Notes: generated by a model not told the origin, from the letters alone. Counted from the first letter of the stretch, positions 38,177 through 47,825 are shown. The stretch: DNA of 64,000 bases from an uncultured Phycisphaeraceae bacterium (GCA_964546335.1 CAZJJN010000006.1:12120-76119); one strand, 5' to 3'. A program made the numbers and translations.

Positions 38177-40225
38177 ATGACAGCAGCCTCGACACCGAGC
38201 CCCGTTGACCATACCCACACGCACGATCATGACCATCATGGTCACAGCCATCATCATCATAATGATGATCCGCTGCACCTGCACCACGATCATGCGACAG
38301 GCATTGACGCCAAGATCATTGCTGTGCTGGTCGGCGGTACTTTGCTGATTGCCTCCGTGGTGGCGCACCTCGGGCTGAACATGGAAATGCAAAGCAGTTA
38401 CCTGGCGATGCTGGCTGCATTGCTGCTGGGCACGCCGATCGTCTGGTCTGCAGCGATGGGGTTGCTTGGGCGCGACCCACATGCTTCTTCGCACATGGAA
38501 GAACTTGTCGCGCTGGCGATCCTTGGCTCCTTTGCGACCGGGCAATACATCGAGTGTGGTGCGGTGGCCTTCTTCATGTTACTCAGTGATTTCATTGAGC
38601 ACCGTACTGCCGCTGGGGCGCGCAAATCCATCGAAGCGCTCATCCGCTTGAAGCCAACCAAAGCGACGATCCTCACCGAGTCAGGCGAGCAGGATGTTGA
38701 TGCCTCGACCTTGCAGACCGGGCAAGTCGTAGTCATTCGCCCGGGCGAAATCGTGCCCGGCGACGGCACGATTCGTGACGGCTCCTCCACGCTGAACGAA
38801 GCCAACATCACCGGCGAGTCTTTGCCTGTTGAAAAGGCCATGGGCGATGACATTTACGCAGGTACGATCAACGAGACAGGCAGGCTGGAAGTGGAGATTA
38901 CCCGCGCCGGCCAGGACAGCACGCTGGGCAAGGTGCAGGCGTTGATTCTTCAGGCAGCCAGCACCAGGCCTCAGGTCGTGCGGGAATTGGAAAAGTATGC
39001 TTCCTATTACACGCCGGTCGTGCTGATGCTGGGCGCGGTGATTTACTTCTTCACCGGTGATCTGACGCGCGTCATCACGCTGCTGCTGATCGCCTGCCCA
39101 TGTGCGATTATTCTCGCTGCCCCGACAGCCGTGGTCGCGGCAGTTTCCGCAGCCGCACGCGTGGGTGTGCTCATCAAATCAGTTAATGATCTTGAAGTTG
39201 TACGCCGACTAAATGCGATCGTTTTTGACAAGACCGGCACGCTGACCACTGGGAACTTAAGTGTGACTCGCATCAAGCCTGTCGAAGGGATTGACCCGGC
39301 TGAGTTCCTCGGGCTCGCAGCGGCGGTTGAGAAGGAATCCAAGCACCCGGTCGCTCGGGCCGTGGCTGCGGTAGCGCGGAAAGCGGAGATTCCTCTGGCG
39401 GGCGTCAGTGACTTTGAAGAAGTGCAAGGCCGGGGCGTCAAAGCAATGGTCGAAGGCCAGCAGATCATCGTTGGCAGAGAAGCGTGGCTGAGTGAACAAG
39501 GCGTGCACTTCCCGGAGATGGATCGGTCGCAGGCCGAAGGCATGAGTCTGCTGTTCGTGGCGCGTAACGGCCAGTGCATCGGATGGATCGGCCTGACTGA
39601 TGAGCCTCGCGCCGATGCCAGGGAAAGTGTGCAGAACCTGGCTGATGAAGGGGTGAAACGGCGAGTCATGATCACCGGTGACCGCTGGGATCCGGCCCGT
39701 CGCGTGGCCAAAGCGGTGGGCGTGACTGACATCCATGCAGAAGCATTGCCCGGCGACAAACTGCAACTGGTCGAGGATTTGAAGAATGGCGGTTACACCG
39801 TCGGGGTCATTGGGGACGGCGTGAACGATGGGCCTGCGTTGGCAGCAGGGCATGTGTCCATTGCGATGGGTGCGGCAGGCAGTGACGTGGCGATCAACGC
39901 GGCTTCGATCGCGCTGATGAACAATCGGCTGGATCGCCTGCCTTTCCTGATTCACCTGTCGCGGCGGACGACCACCGTGATTCGCCAGAACCTGATTGGG
40001 GTCGGCTTGTATATTCTGCTGATGCTGGCGCTGCTGGCTTACATCACGCCCATCATCGCTGCGATCGGGCACGGCGTGAGTTCCATTCTTGTGATCTTCA
40101 GCAGTGCCCGGCTGATACGTGAAGGTGAAAATTTGCCTGACGCGATTGCGGATCACCTGGCTGAGCAAAAACGCGAAGTGACGTTGGAGCATGTGCCAAG
40201 TGAAGCGAAGCCAGCGACGACTTAA
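38177..40225 (+). CDS. heavy-metal translocating P1B-type ATPase with His-rich N-terminus
   Basis: GGAG, then ATG at 38177. N-terminus 'HTHTHDHDHHGHSHHHHNDDPLHLHHDH', TM6 'CPCAIILAAP', phosphorylation site 'DKTGTLT', and hinge 'GDGVNDGPALA'. No ferredoxin-like CxxC HMA domain is present. Confidence 0.9.
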   Translation: MTAASTPSPVDHTHTHDHDHHGHSHHHHNDDPLHLHHDHATGIDAKIIAVLVGGTLLIASVVAHLGLNMEMQSSYLAMLAALLLGTPIVWSAAMGLLGRDPHASSHMEELVALAILGSFATGQYIECGAVAFFMLLSDFIEHRTAAGARKSIEALIRLKPTKATILTESGEQDVDASTLQTGQVVVIRPGEIVPGDGTIRDGSSTLNEANITGESLPVEKAMGDDIYAGTINETGRLEVEITRAGQDSTLGKVQALILQAASTRPQVVRELEKYASYYTPVVLMLGAVIYFFTGDLTRVITLLLIACPCAIILAAPTAVVAAVSAAARVGVLIKSVNDLEVVRRLNAIVFDKTGTLTTGNLSVTRIKPVEGIDPAEFLGLAAAVEKESKHPVARAVAAVARKAEIPLAGVSDFEEVQGRGVKAMVEGQQIIVGREAWLSEQGVHFPEMDRSQAEGMSLLFVARNGQCIGWIGLTDEPRADARESVQNLADEGVKRRVMITGDRWDPARRVAKAVGVTDIHAEALPGDKLQLVEDLKNGGYTVGVIGDGVNDGPALAAGHVSIAMGAAGSDVAINAASIALMNNRLDRLPFLIHLSRRTTTVIRQNLIGVGLYILLMLALLAYITPIIAAIGHGVSSILVIFSSARLIREGENLPDAIADHLAEQKREVTLEHVPSEAKPATT

Positions 40226-40249
40226 TTACTTAGCGTGATATTGATCAAA

Positions 40250-40280
40250 TAAAAAAACCCCGATTGCTCGGGGTTTTTTG
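40250..40280. terminator. bidirectional rho-independent terminator between convergent ATPase and carbonic anhydrase genes
   Basis: A8-CCCCG-attgct-CGGGG-T6 (stem at 40258-40262 and 40269-40273). A/T runs on both sides. Confidence 0.7.
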
Positions 40281-40297
40281 CTGCTTATGAATCAGGC

Positions 40298-41005
40298 TTA
40301 GTCCACCAATGTGACTTTGCCGGTGTGCAGTGAGTAGTACGCGCCAACGATCTTGATTTGTCCGGCTTCTTCAAGCTCTGCCAGCACCGGGCTGGAAGCA
40401 CGAATGTCTCGAACGGTCTGTTTCACATTCTGATGAATCACCGCATCGACAAAATCCTTGTTCCTGGAACTGCGATCTTCTTCAAAACCTTCCACGGCAT
40501 CGATGGCTGGTTTGATCTTGGCCAGCAACTCGGTGAGGTTGCCGAGTTTGACATCATCGCAGGCCCCCTTGACTGCACCGCAGGATTCGTGACCGAGCAC
40601 CATGACCAGTTTTGAGCCGGCTGCCTTGGTGGCGAACTCCATCGATCCGAGTTGATCGACATTCTCCACGTTGCCTGCCACTCTGCCGACGAAGATGTCG
40701 CCGATGCCCTGGTCAAAAACCTGCTCGACTGGCACACGTGAATCAAGGCAGGACAGAATCACCGCTTTGGGATACTGGCCTGTTGCGGATGCCTGGATGC
40801 GAGCCTTCACGTTGGGTTCGCTCACGTTGCCTGCGACGTATCGGGCATTACCAGCCATGAGGTCAGCCAGCACCGCGTCAGGGGTCATGGCCGCCTGTTC
40901 TTCTTTGGTGACAGGCAGATTGTCCGTGCTGGTCGTGGTTGCACAGCCAAAGGTTGAAACAGCAACGATACAGGTTAAGGCCAGGTAAAAACCAGTTCGC
41001 AACAT
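40298..41005 (-). CDS. beta-class carbonic anhydrase, exported
   Basis: 'SCLDSRVP' (C-x-D-x-R) and 'GHESCGAVKGA' (H-x-x-C) zinc ligands. N-terminal hydrophobic signal ending in 'STFGCATT'. Confidence 0.9.
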   Translation of the reverse strand: MLRTGFYLALTCIVAVSTFGCATTTSTDNLPVTKEEQAAMTPDAVLADLMAGNARYVAGNVSEPNVKARIQASATGQYPKAVILSCLDSRVPVEQVFDQGIGDIFVGRVAGNVENVDQLGSMEFATKAAGSKLVMVLGHESCGAVKGACDDVKLGNLTELLAKIKPAIDAVEGFEEDRSSRNKDFVDAVIHQNVKQTVRDIRASSPVLAELEEAGQIKIVGAYYSLHTGKVTLVD

Positions 41006-41133
41006 GATGTTCCTTTCAGTAGAAAAGGGATGTCGAAGTGGCGAACCTTAGGCCGTGAATGGTGGAGAGTTCCACTTTGCTTTGTAAAAATGTAAGGGCA
41101 AAATGATCAATGGAAAATAGAGTCTAATGTGAC

Positions 41134-42459
41134 TCAATGACTTGATTTAACCTGATCCAGAATCGTCAGCAGCTTGCTGGCTGTGGTGGATGACACGCCT
41201 TGCTGATTGAGGACAGCTTGACGCGCTGCCTGCCCCATTGTGGCGCGACGGGCATCATCCTGAAGTAACTGATTTGCAATTTGACCGACAGCTTCTGTCA
41301 CGATCAATCCGCCAGATTGCTGTAAAGTATCCACGACATCGGCAAAGTCGGAATAGTGCGGACCGATCAACACAGGCTTGCCTAGAGCGGCAGGTTCGAT
41401 CGGGTTTGATCCATACAAACCAAGCAGGGATCGCCCGACGAAACAGACATCCGCCAGGGCATAAGCTTTCTTCAGTTCACCCATCGTATCGAGCAGGTAG
41501 AAGCGCGAAGACTCAGGCTTCGAAGCAGATGATGCGCTAAGCGCGACAGATGATTCCTCCGCACCTGCGATTCGATCCGGGCATTGACTTCGCCTGACCA
41601 TGCCCGGCCTGAGCATTGCCACCTCATCAAACCGCTCCGGCTTGCGAGGCACCAGCACCAGTTGCGTCCCAGCAGGGCAGTCCCGCTCAATCTGCTCAAT
41701 CAGCACAGCCTCCTCACCAGGCCCGGTGGAGCCAGCCACCACGACAGGCTGACTTCGATCAATCCCCAGCGTCTGCGCGAGTTCATCCACGCCTGCCACC
41801 TTTTCCTCGACAGGTGTGGCGTCCCACTTCATCGTGCCCAGCACTTCGACGCGCTCCGCAAGCGTACCCATCGCGATAAAGCGGTCGGCAATGGCGCGCG
41901 ATTGTGCCCCCACCCACGTGACCTTTTGAAACATGGGGCGGATCAATGCGCGAATGCGGCTGTAGCCTCGGAAACTACGCTCGCTCAACCTGCCGTTGAC
42001 CACGGCGACGGGGATGCCGCGATGTTCACATTGCTGCATCAGGTTAGGCCAAAGCTCCAACTCGACAGTCACGACCAGGTCAGGCTGCACGCGGTCGAGT
42101 AGTCGTTTCACTGCCAAACTGAAGTCGAATGGATAGCGCAGGATAGGGTGGTGACTGCCATACAGTTGCTCCGCCCGGGCCAGGCCTGTGTCGGTGGTTG
42201 CGGCGATGATGACCTCGACATTGCCTGACTTTTCCAAGGCTTCGACCAGCTTGGTGATCGCGTTGATCTCACCCACACTCACCGCATGGATCAGGATGCG
42301 GCCACGCGAACCCGCAGCTTTCGCAGAGAGCGATTCCCCTTTGCCAAAGCGTCCCGGCCAGTCTGTGCGGTGCTTGCCAGTCCGCAGCATCCTGATGGCC
42401 CACACCGGCGACGCAATCACCGCGGCTGTTCCAAGCACCATGTCTGTCAGTAGGCCCAT
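41134..42459 (-). CDS. waaA: 3-deoxy-D-manno-octulosonic acid (Kdo) transferase
   Basis: 'RILIHAVSVGEINA', 'LWPNLM' and 'GGSL...GGHNPIEPAALGKPVL'-type blocks. The ATG at 42459 ('MGLLTDMVLG') is used. The 125 upstream codons of the ORF-track call overlap metG antisense. Confidence 0.85.
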   Translation of the reverse strand: MGLLTDMVLGTAAVIASPVWAIRMLRTGKHRTDWPGRFGKGESLSAKAAGSRGRILIHAVSVGEINAITKLVEALEKSGNVEVIIAATTDTGLARAEQLYGSHHPILRYPFDFSLAVKRLLDRVQPDLVVTVELELWPNLMQQCEHRGIPVAVVNGRLSERSFRGYSRIRALIRPMFQKVTWVGAQSRAIADRFIAMGTLAERVEVLGTMKWDATPVEEKVAGVDELAQTLGIDRSQPVVVAGSTGPGEEAVLIEQIERDCPAGTQLVLVPRKPERFDEVAMLRPGMVRRSQCPDRIAGAEESSVALSASSASKPESSRFYLLDTMGELKKAYALADVCFVGRSLLGLYGSNPIEPAALGKPVLIGPHYSDFADVVDTLQQSGGLIVTEAVGQIANQLLQDDARRATMGQAARQAVLNQQGVSSTTASKLLTILDQVKSSH

Positions 42460-42510
42460 GGCGAAGATTCTAAGGCTTTTGACTTTGCCACGCGGCCAAT
42501 TGACAATCCG

Positions 42511-44250
42511 ATGATGATGAATGAACAACCTGAGAATACCGGCGTGTTCTACGTGACCACGCCGATCTACTACGTCAACGACAAACCCCACCTCGGCCAC
42601 GTCTATACGACCATGGTGGCGGATGTCGTCGCGCGATATCACCGGCTCAAAGGGGATGACACCTTTTTCCTCACCGGCGTCGATGAACACGCAGCCAAGG
42701 TTTCCGACAAGGCTGCTGAGCATGGCCTGACCCCGCAGCAATGGGCGGATCAGAATGCCGCAGCCTTTCGCGAAACCTTCGAGAAACTGGAACTGACCCA
42801 CGATGATTTTGTGCGCACCAGCAGCGACCATCACAAAGAACGGGTGACTGCCTACGTCAAAGCGCTGCTTGAGTCAGGCGATGTTTATGAAGGCGAATAC
42901 GAAGGCTGGTACGACGCCGGTCAGGAGGAGTATGTCCCGGAAAACAAAGCCAAAGCCAACGAGTACAAAAGCGAAGTCAACGGCAAACCTTTGGTCAAGA
43001 AAGCGGAGAAGAATTATTTCTTCAAGTTGAGCGCGTACATCGAACCTTTGCTGGAGCATTTTGCCGCGTGTGACAAGGCAGGCGTTTCGTTTGTTCAGCC
43101 TGAAGCGCGAAAGAATGAGATCATCAACCGCATCAAGGAAGCGCAGGATGTGCCCATCAGTCGCACCGGCTCTGGCGGCTGGGGTATCCCTGTGCCCGGC
43201 GATCCGGAACAAACCATTTACGTTTGGATTGATGCGCTGTTTAATTACCTGACATATGTCGATACGGATGAGCGCAGGAAGTATTGGCAGGCGGGCGCGG
43301 TGCACTTTATTGCCAAGGATATTTTGTGGTTCCACGCCGCGATCTGGCCAGCGATTCTGCTCGCTCTTAAGAAATGTGAGTGCTACGATTGGGTCAACCT
43401 GCCCAAGCAGGTGTATTCACATAGTTATTGGGTGAGTGAGTCAGGCGAGAAGATGAGTAAAAGCCTGGGTAACTTCCTCGACCCGGCAGCGATTGATAAT
43501 TACGTCGCGGAGTTTGGTTTGGATGCGCTGCGCTATTTTCTTGCGACGCGCGGGCCTTTGGGTGTGAGTGATTCGACGTTCAGCCCGGACTTGTTTGTGG
43601 AGATTTATAACGCGGACTTGGCCAACACGTTTGGCAACTCGTGCAGTCGGGTGAGCAATATGATCGGGAAGTATTTCGAGGGGAAGGTGCCTGAGGGGCA
43701 GGGATTGGGAGAAGAGGGATTAACCACAGAGAACACAGAGGGCACAGAGGAAGAGTTGGAAGATAGGGATATAGATGCTTTGACTCGAATGCGAAATTAT
43801 ATCACGCGGCTAGATAACTCGATTGCTCAAGTTGAGCACGTTCGGATACATGCTGCCAACAACCTACAAAAGTTTCTCATGGGAATTGACAATGATTTGG
43901 GGGGGAGAGCCAATGCTGTATTGACTCTGGTAAGGCTTGTTGATTCCTACATCGAACAGACCGCCCCCTTCAAACTCGCAAAAGCCCCGGAGAAGATGCC
44001 TGAGGTGGGGACGATTCTTTACAACTGCATCGAGGCCTTGCGGATCGCGTCGATTCTGCTTTGGCCTTTCATTCCCGACGCCTGCGAAAAGTTCTGGCAG
44101 CGCATCGGTTGCGACTACGCCCAGCAGATGCAAGCCAACGCGGGCAAGGGCAGTCTCACTCAATGGGTGAAGTGGGGCCAACTTGAACCTGGTACGCCCG
44201 TTGAGAAGGGCGACCCGCTGTTCCCGCGCTATCAGGTGGAGAAGAAGTGA
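42511..44250 (+). CDS. metG: methionine--tRNA ligase
   Basis: 'YYVNDKPHLGHVYT' (HIGH) and 'KMSKSLGN' (KMSKS). The anticodon-binding domain carries an apparent insertion (see findings). Confidence 0.92.
   Translation: MMMNEQPENTGVFYVTTPIYYVNDKPHLGHVYTTMVADVVARYHRLKGDDTFFLTGVDEHAAKVSDKAAEHGLTPQQWADQNAAAFRETFEKLELTHDDFVRTSSDHHKERVTAYVKALLESGDVYEGEYEGWYDAGQEEYVPENKAKANEYKSEVNGKPLVKKAEKNYFFKLSAYIEPLLEHFAACDKAGVSFVQPEARKNEIINRIKEAQDVPISRTGSGGWGIPVPGDPEQTIYVWIDALFNYLTYVDTDERRKYWQAGAVHFIAKDILWFHAAIWPAILLALKKCECYDWVNLPKQVYSHSYWVSESGEKMSKSLGNFLDPAAIDNYVAEFGLDALRYFLATRGPLGVSDSTFSPDLFVEIYNADLANTFGNSCSRVSNMIGKYFEGKVPEGQGLGEEGLTTENTEGTEEELEDRDIDALTRMRNYITRLDNSIAQVEHVRIHAANNLQKFLMGIDNDLGGRANAVLTLVRLVDSYIEQTAPFKLAKAPEKMPEVGTILYNCIEALRIASILLWPFIPDACEKFWQRIGCDYAQQMQANAGKGSLTQWVKWGQLEPGTPVEKGDPLFPRYQVEKK
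43723..43751 (+). repeat. 3 x 9-nt tandem repeat (core CACAGAG) inside metG
   Basis: CACAGAG at 43725, 43734 and 43743, encoding 'TTENTEGTE'. Confidence 0.8.
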
Positions 44251-44276
44251 AATTGTATTGAGTGGTCGGGGTTCAG

Positions 44277-44846
44277 ATGAGTCGGTCAAACTTGACACCA
44301 CTGAAACTCTGGCAGCTTTGGGGTTTTACACCGCCATGCGAACTTTCTTCAACAGAGCTTCGTTCTCTAAAGAAGTATGTAAGGAAAAGATGCTTTCGAT
44401 GGTGGCACTATGGTTTGATAGTACTTGCCGCGTATGCTGGAAGTATGTTGTTGGTAGGTCTATTACAGCTTTTGAGATTATGTGAGCCATATGTGCCGCA
44501 CGAAACTCTCACTTCAGACTGGCAAAAGACGGTTGTTCTTTTGGTGACTCTCCTGATTGCGCTGGCGTGTTACCTGCTGGCAATATATTACTCGGGTTAC
44601 AGTGTCTACCGACTGATCTTGCATCAGAAATTGCAGATGATTTTTACACTCGATTCACCAGTGGTTTGCTGTAAAGGTTGTGGATACTGCTTGATTCACA
44701 TTCCTTTTCAGGATGCCAAGGATTACCATTTGATCCGTTGTCCTGAGTGTGGCAAAGTCAAGTCTCCCATGCGCGAGGGAATGACACCGAGTTTGTTCCG
44801 CAATGTATGGGAGTATGTGGAAGCACAGACACATCAAACTAAGTGA
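44277..44846 (+). CDS. hypothetical membrane protein with C-terminal zinc-ribbon-like CxxC...CxxC
   Basis: Two hydrophobic helices, then 'CCKGCGYCLIH...IRCPECGKV'. AT-richer than its neighbours. The start is uncertain (ORF-track 44262, ATG 44277). Confidence 0.45.
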   Translation: MSRSNLTPLKLWQLWGFTPPCELSSTELRSLKKYVRKRCFRWWHYGLIVLAAYAGSMLLVGLLQLLRLCEPYVPHETLTSDWQKTVVLLVTLLIALACYLLAIYYSGYSVYRLILHQKLQMIFTLDSPVVCCKGCGYCLIHIPFQDAKDYHLIRCPECGKVKSPMREGMTPSLFRNVWEYVEAQTHQTK

Positions 44847-44893
44847 GTCTTTCGTCATCAATGCAGCAATGCCGTGGTTACCACCCAAAGGCA

Positions 44894-46213
44894 TCATTCA
44901 CCTAAATCTTCATGAGTGATCGGCTCAAACGCGTTTTCGCGGGCTTCCTGTTCTTGTGTTGCCTGCATCTTTTCTTCTGCTTCTTTGCGCTCTTCACGCA
45001 GTTTGGCAGGATCGTGAACGTGGCCAAGCGTGTTGTTCAATGCAAACAGCGCATAGCAGGTCGCCAGATGCGGGTTGCCTTCTGACCAGCGATCGACATC
45101 GTTGGCCCATGAGCCATCCTTGGCCTGTTTTTCCACCAGCTTGTCGATGAGTTTGCCGCGCCAATCCACTTCCTCACCTGCAGGGTCGATCAGCGGGGCA
45201 TCCCAGGCATGCAGCGTTTTACCCATGACCATGAGGTAGTAGTAGTAACTTTGCATCTGCATGGCTTCAGGGAAGCCGGGGTGACGATCGACGGTGAAGT
45301 TGTTCCGCAGCCAGTTGTAGCCGGCAACGACCCGCGGGTCGTTTCGTTCCAGGTTGGCGTAGATGTAGGTCTTCATCATGGCGTAGGTCATCGAGCCATA
45401 GGGCGTCAACTTCTTCGTGATCTTGCCGTTCTCCTCGACTTGGGCAATCTGATCGGGGTCGGCTTTGGATTCGGGTTTGCCGATGTTGTCCTTGTTGACA
45501 CTGGTGGCATAGATCGCCCCGCCGTTGGGTTCGATCTGGTCGGCGAACAGGTCGTTGGTGTAGTTGCCTTGCAAGCGGGACATGAAGCGCACGGCTTCCT
45601 GCATGGCGGGATCATCGGGGCCGACGCCCATGTCATAGAGGGCCTGCACCGCCAGTTGAGTGTTGGAGCCATCGGGCCTGCCATGCTTGCCGTAGCCGAA
45701 CCCGCCTCGGAAGGAATGCTTCTCATCGATCACATTACCTGCGGGGTCTTTGTCGCCGATGTGCTGGGTCATACGAAGGTACTTTTCACCCAGGCGTAAA
45801 GTTTTATCGATCTCGGGGTCGGTTCCCTTCAATCGAGCCAGGGCACTGAGGCAGATAGCAGTGCTGTAGTTCTTATAGGTCGGGCCAGTGGAGATGCTGC
45901 CGTCCTCATTGACATGCTTGAGGATGTACTGGACACCTTTTTTGACTTGTGGGTCGTTGGGGCCGATGTCCGGCTGATCGAGCATGACACTGACGACCAG
46001 GCCTGTGATGGCTGGGCCATATTTGGGCGTCCACGCGCCGCTTTCATCCTGCTGGCTGCGCAGGTATTCGGTGGCTTTTTCGATGCTGGCTTCCGCCTGT
46101 TTGAGCTGTTTCTTGCTGGCTGCCTGAGAGATGGCAGGGGTGATCGCCAGAGCCAGCAGCACGAGACAGGCTGTTGCGACTGACCGAGTAGGTTTTAAGT
46201 GGGGTGTTAACAT
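44894..46213 (-). CDS. secreted prenyltransferase/squalene-oxidase-repeat (terpenoid cyclase-fold) protein
   Basis: Signal peptide 'ACLVLLALAITPAISQA'. Repeated 'Q..DG.W' / 'N.DGS' alpha-alpha toroid repeat patterns ('QQDESGAWTP', 'VNEDGSIS', 'QAKDGSWAN'). Confidence 0.65.
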   Translation of the reverse strand: MLTPHLKPTRSVATACLVLLALAITPAISQAASKKQLKQAEASIEKATEYLRSQQDESGAWTPKYGPAITGLVVSVMLDQPDIGPNDPQVKKGVQYILKHVNEDGSISTGPTYKNYSTAICLSALARLKGTDPEIDKTLRLGEKYLRMTQHIGDKDPAGNVIDEKHSFRGGFGYGKHGRPDGSNTQLAVQALYDMGVGPDDPAMQEAVRFMSRLQGNYTNDLFADQIEPNGGAIYATSVNKDNIGKPESKADPDQIAQVEENGKITKKLTPYGSMTYAMMKTYIYANLERNDPRVVAGYNWLRNNFTVDRHPGFPEAMQMQSYYYYLMVMGKTLHAWDAPLIDPAGEEVDWRGKLIDKLVEKQAKDGSWANDVDRWSEGNPHLATCYALFALNNTLGHVHDPAKLREERKEAEEKMQATQEQEARENAFEPITHEDLGE

Positions 46214-46483
46214 GGCTAACCTTTCGTAACAGATTTAGCGGTTTATGGTTTTCAGCGTCAATGTAGATCGACTGCGGTTGATCGCCGCAGTCTTAGCATC
46301 ATAACGCTTAAAAGGATAGGCCCCTTTCATCCTGCAAGGGTTGCAGGGGATGTTTTTTAGTGTCGATGTGGAGTGGTTGGTTTCAACCTGATTTTCCTCA
46401 ATCCTCCGCAAGGCTACACTACCGCGTTGACCAACATCGTTTAACCCCCGATTGCCCCCGGCCAAAGCCGAAAGGATCCCCCC

Positions 46484-47815
46484 TTGGGCCTGACGATCTT
46501 CAACCTCGCGACCGAGCAAGGTCGCGCTGCTTACCAGCAGCGTCTGATGCAACTGAAGCAGACGGTGTCCATGTCCGGCCCACAAGCTCAGGCCGTGGCT
46601 GAAATCGTCGAGCAGGTGCGCAGCCGGGGCGACCAGGCGGTGGTCGAGTACATGCAGAAATGGACCGACCCCGACTTCAGCGCGGACAGCATCCGTATCA
46701 AACCGGGTGAACTCACCAACGCTCTGGCTTCGATGGATGGAGCGCTGCGCCAAAGCATCGAGCAGTCGATTGACCATGTGCGTGAATATCAGCAGCACGT
46801 CATGCCCGTCGAGCCCGAGCCGATTGTCATTGACGGGGCCACGCTGGGCATGCGCATGACGCCAGTGTCTTCTGCGGGTTTGTATGTGCCCGGTGGCAGT
46901 GCCGTTCTGTTCTCCACGCTCATCATGCTGGCAGTCCCGGCCATGGTGGCGGGGGTCCCAGCCGAGGCGATCCATGTTGTCAGTCCGCCCCCCACACGTC
47001 AAAGCAATGAGCCGGCAGGCGATATCTCACCTTTGGTCCTGGGGACGTGTGAACTGTTGGGGATCAAGCATGTTTACCGTTTGGGCGGAGCGCAGGCTGT
47101 TGCAGCGTTGGCGTTTGGCACGCAGTCGGTTCAGTCAGTGGACATGGTGGCAGGCCCGGGCAATGTTTTTGTGCAACTGGCCAAGGCCATGGTCGCGGGA
47201 GTCTGTGGCTCGGACAACGGGTTCTATGGCCCAAGTGAAATCGTCACGCTTGCTGACGCGTCTGCCAACCCGCGATGGGTCGCGGCGGATCTGATCGCAC
47301 AGGCCGAACACGCGCCGGGCAAGTGTTTCCTCGTGGCATGGGAGCGGGAAGTGCTGGAAGCCATCAACGCGGAGGTGGATCGGCAGTTGGCTCAGCGCGG
47401 CAGAGCGCCAGCTATCGAGGAGTCTCTGCGTGATGAATCTTTCGCTCTGCTGGCTGACAATGAACAGCAGGCGTTGGCGCTGGTAGATGAAATCGCCAGC
47501 GAACACGTCAACCTCGCGGTGGCGGACCCGCAAGAGGTGATGGGCCAACTGAAGCATGGCGGGGAGTACTTCCTCGGGCATCAGACCCCTGTCGCAGCAG
47601 GTGATTATTACGCAGGCCCATCTCACTGCCTGCCGACCGGCACGACCGCGCGGTTTGCCAGCGGCATCAGTGTTTATACGTTCCTCAAGCGCAGCGGCAC
47701 CGTGCACTATGAACAGGGCATGTCGCCTGAGACTGCACAGGCGATCGCACGATTGGCCGACGCGGAAGGCTTGGATGCTCACGCGAATTCAGCAAGGGTC
47801 AGGTTAGAGAAGTGA
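46484..47815 (+). CDS. hisD: histidinol dehydrogenase
   Basis: 'GLYVPGGSAVLFSTLIMLAVPA', 'GPGNVFV', 'AQAEHAPG' and 'SEHVNLAV' are conserved HisD blocks. TTG start. Confidence 0.92.
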   Translation: MGLTIFNLATEQGRAAYQQRLMQLKQTVSMSGPQAQAVAEIVEQVRSRGDQAVVEYMQKWTDPDFSADSIRIKPGELTNALASMDGALRQSIEQSIDHVREYQQHVMPVEPEPIVIDGATLGMRMTPVSSAGLYVPGGSAVLFSTLIMLAVPAMVAGVPAEAIHVVSPPPTRQSNEPAGDISPLVLGTCELLGIKHVYRLGGAQAVAALAFGTQSVQSVDMVAGPGNVFVQLAKAMVAGVCGSDNGFYGPSEIVTLADASANPRWVAADLIAQAEHAPGKCFLVAWEREVLEAINAEVDRQLAQRGRAPAIEESLRDESFALLADNEQQALALVDEIASEHVNLAVADPQEVMGQLKHGGEYFLGHQTPVAAGDYYAGPSHCLPTGTTARFASGISVYTFLKRSGTVHYEQGMSPETAQAIARLADAEGLDAHANSARVRLEK

Positions 47816-47825
47816 TTTGAGCGTT

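Noticed and set aside
38221-38290. CAT/CAC-rich periodic DNA, considered as a possible microsatellite or CRISPR-like repeat
   Set aside because: It simply encodes the His-rich N-terminus of the P-type ATPase and has no repeat-spacer organisation.
42460-42834. 125-codon N-terminal extension of the waaA ORF
   Set aside because: It overlaps the metG 5' end antisense and has no Kdo-transferase similarity. The internal ATG at 42459 starts the conserved N-terminal TM anchor.
46235-47002. 255-aa minus-strand ORF spanning the hisD promoter region and 5' end
   Set aside because: It is antisense to hisD and has no motifs. Its sequence composition is typical of a shadow frame.
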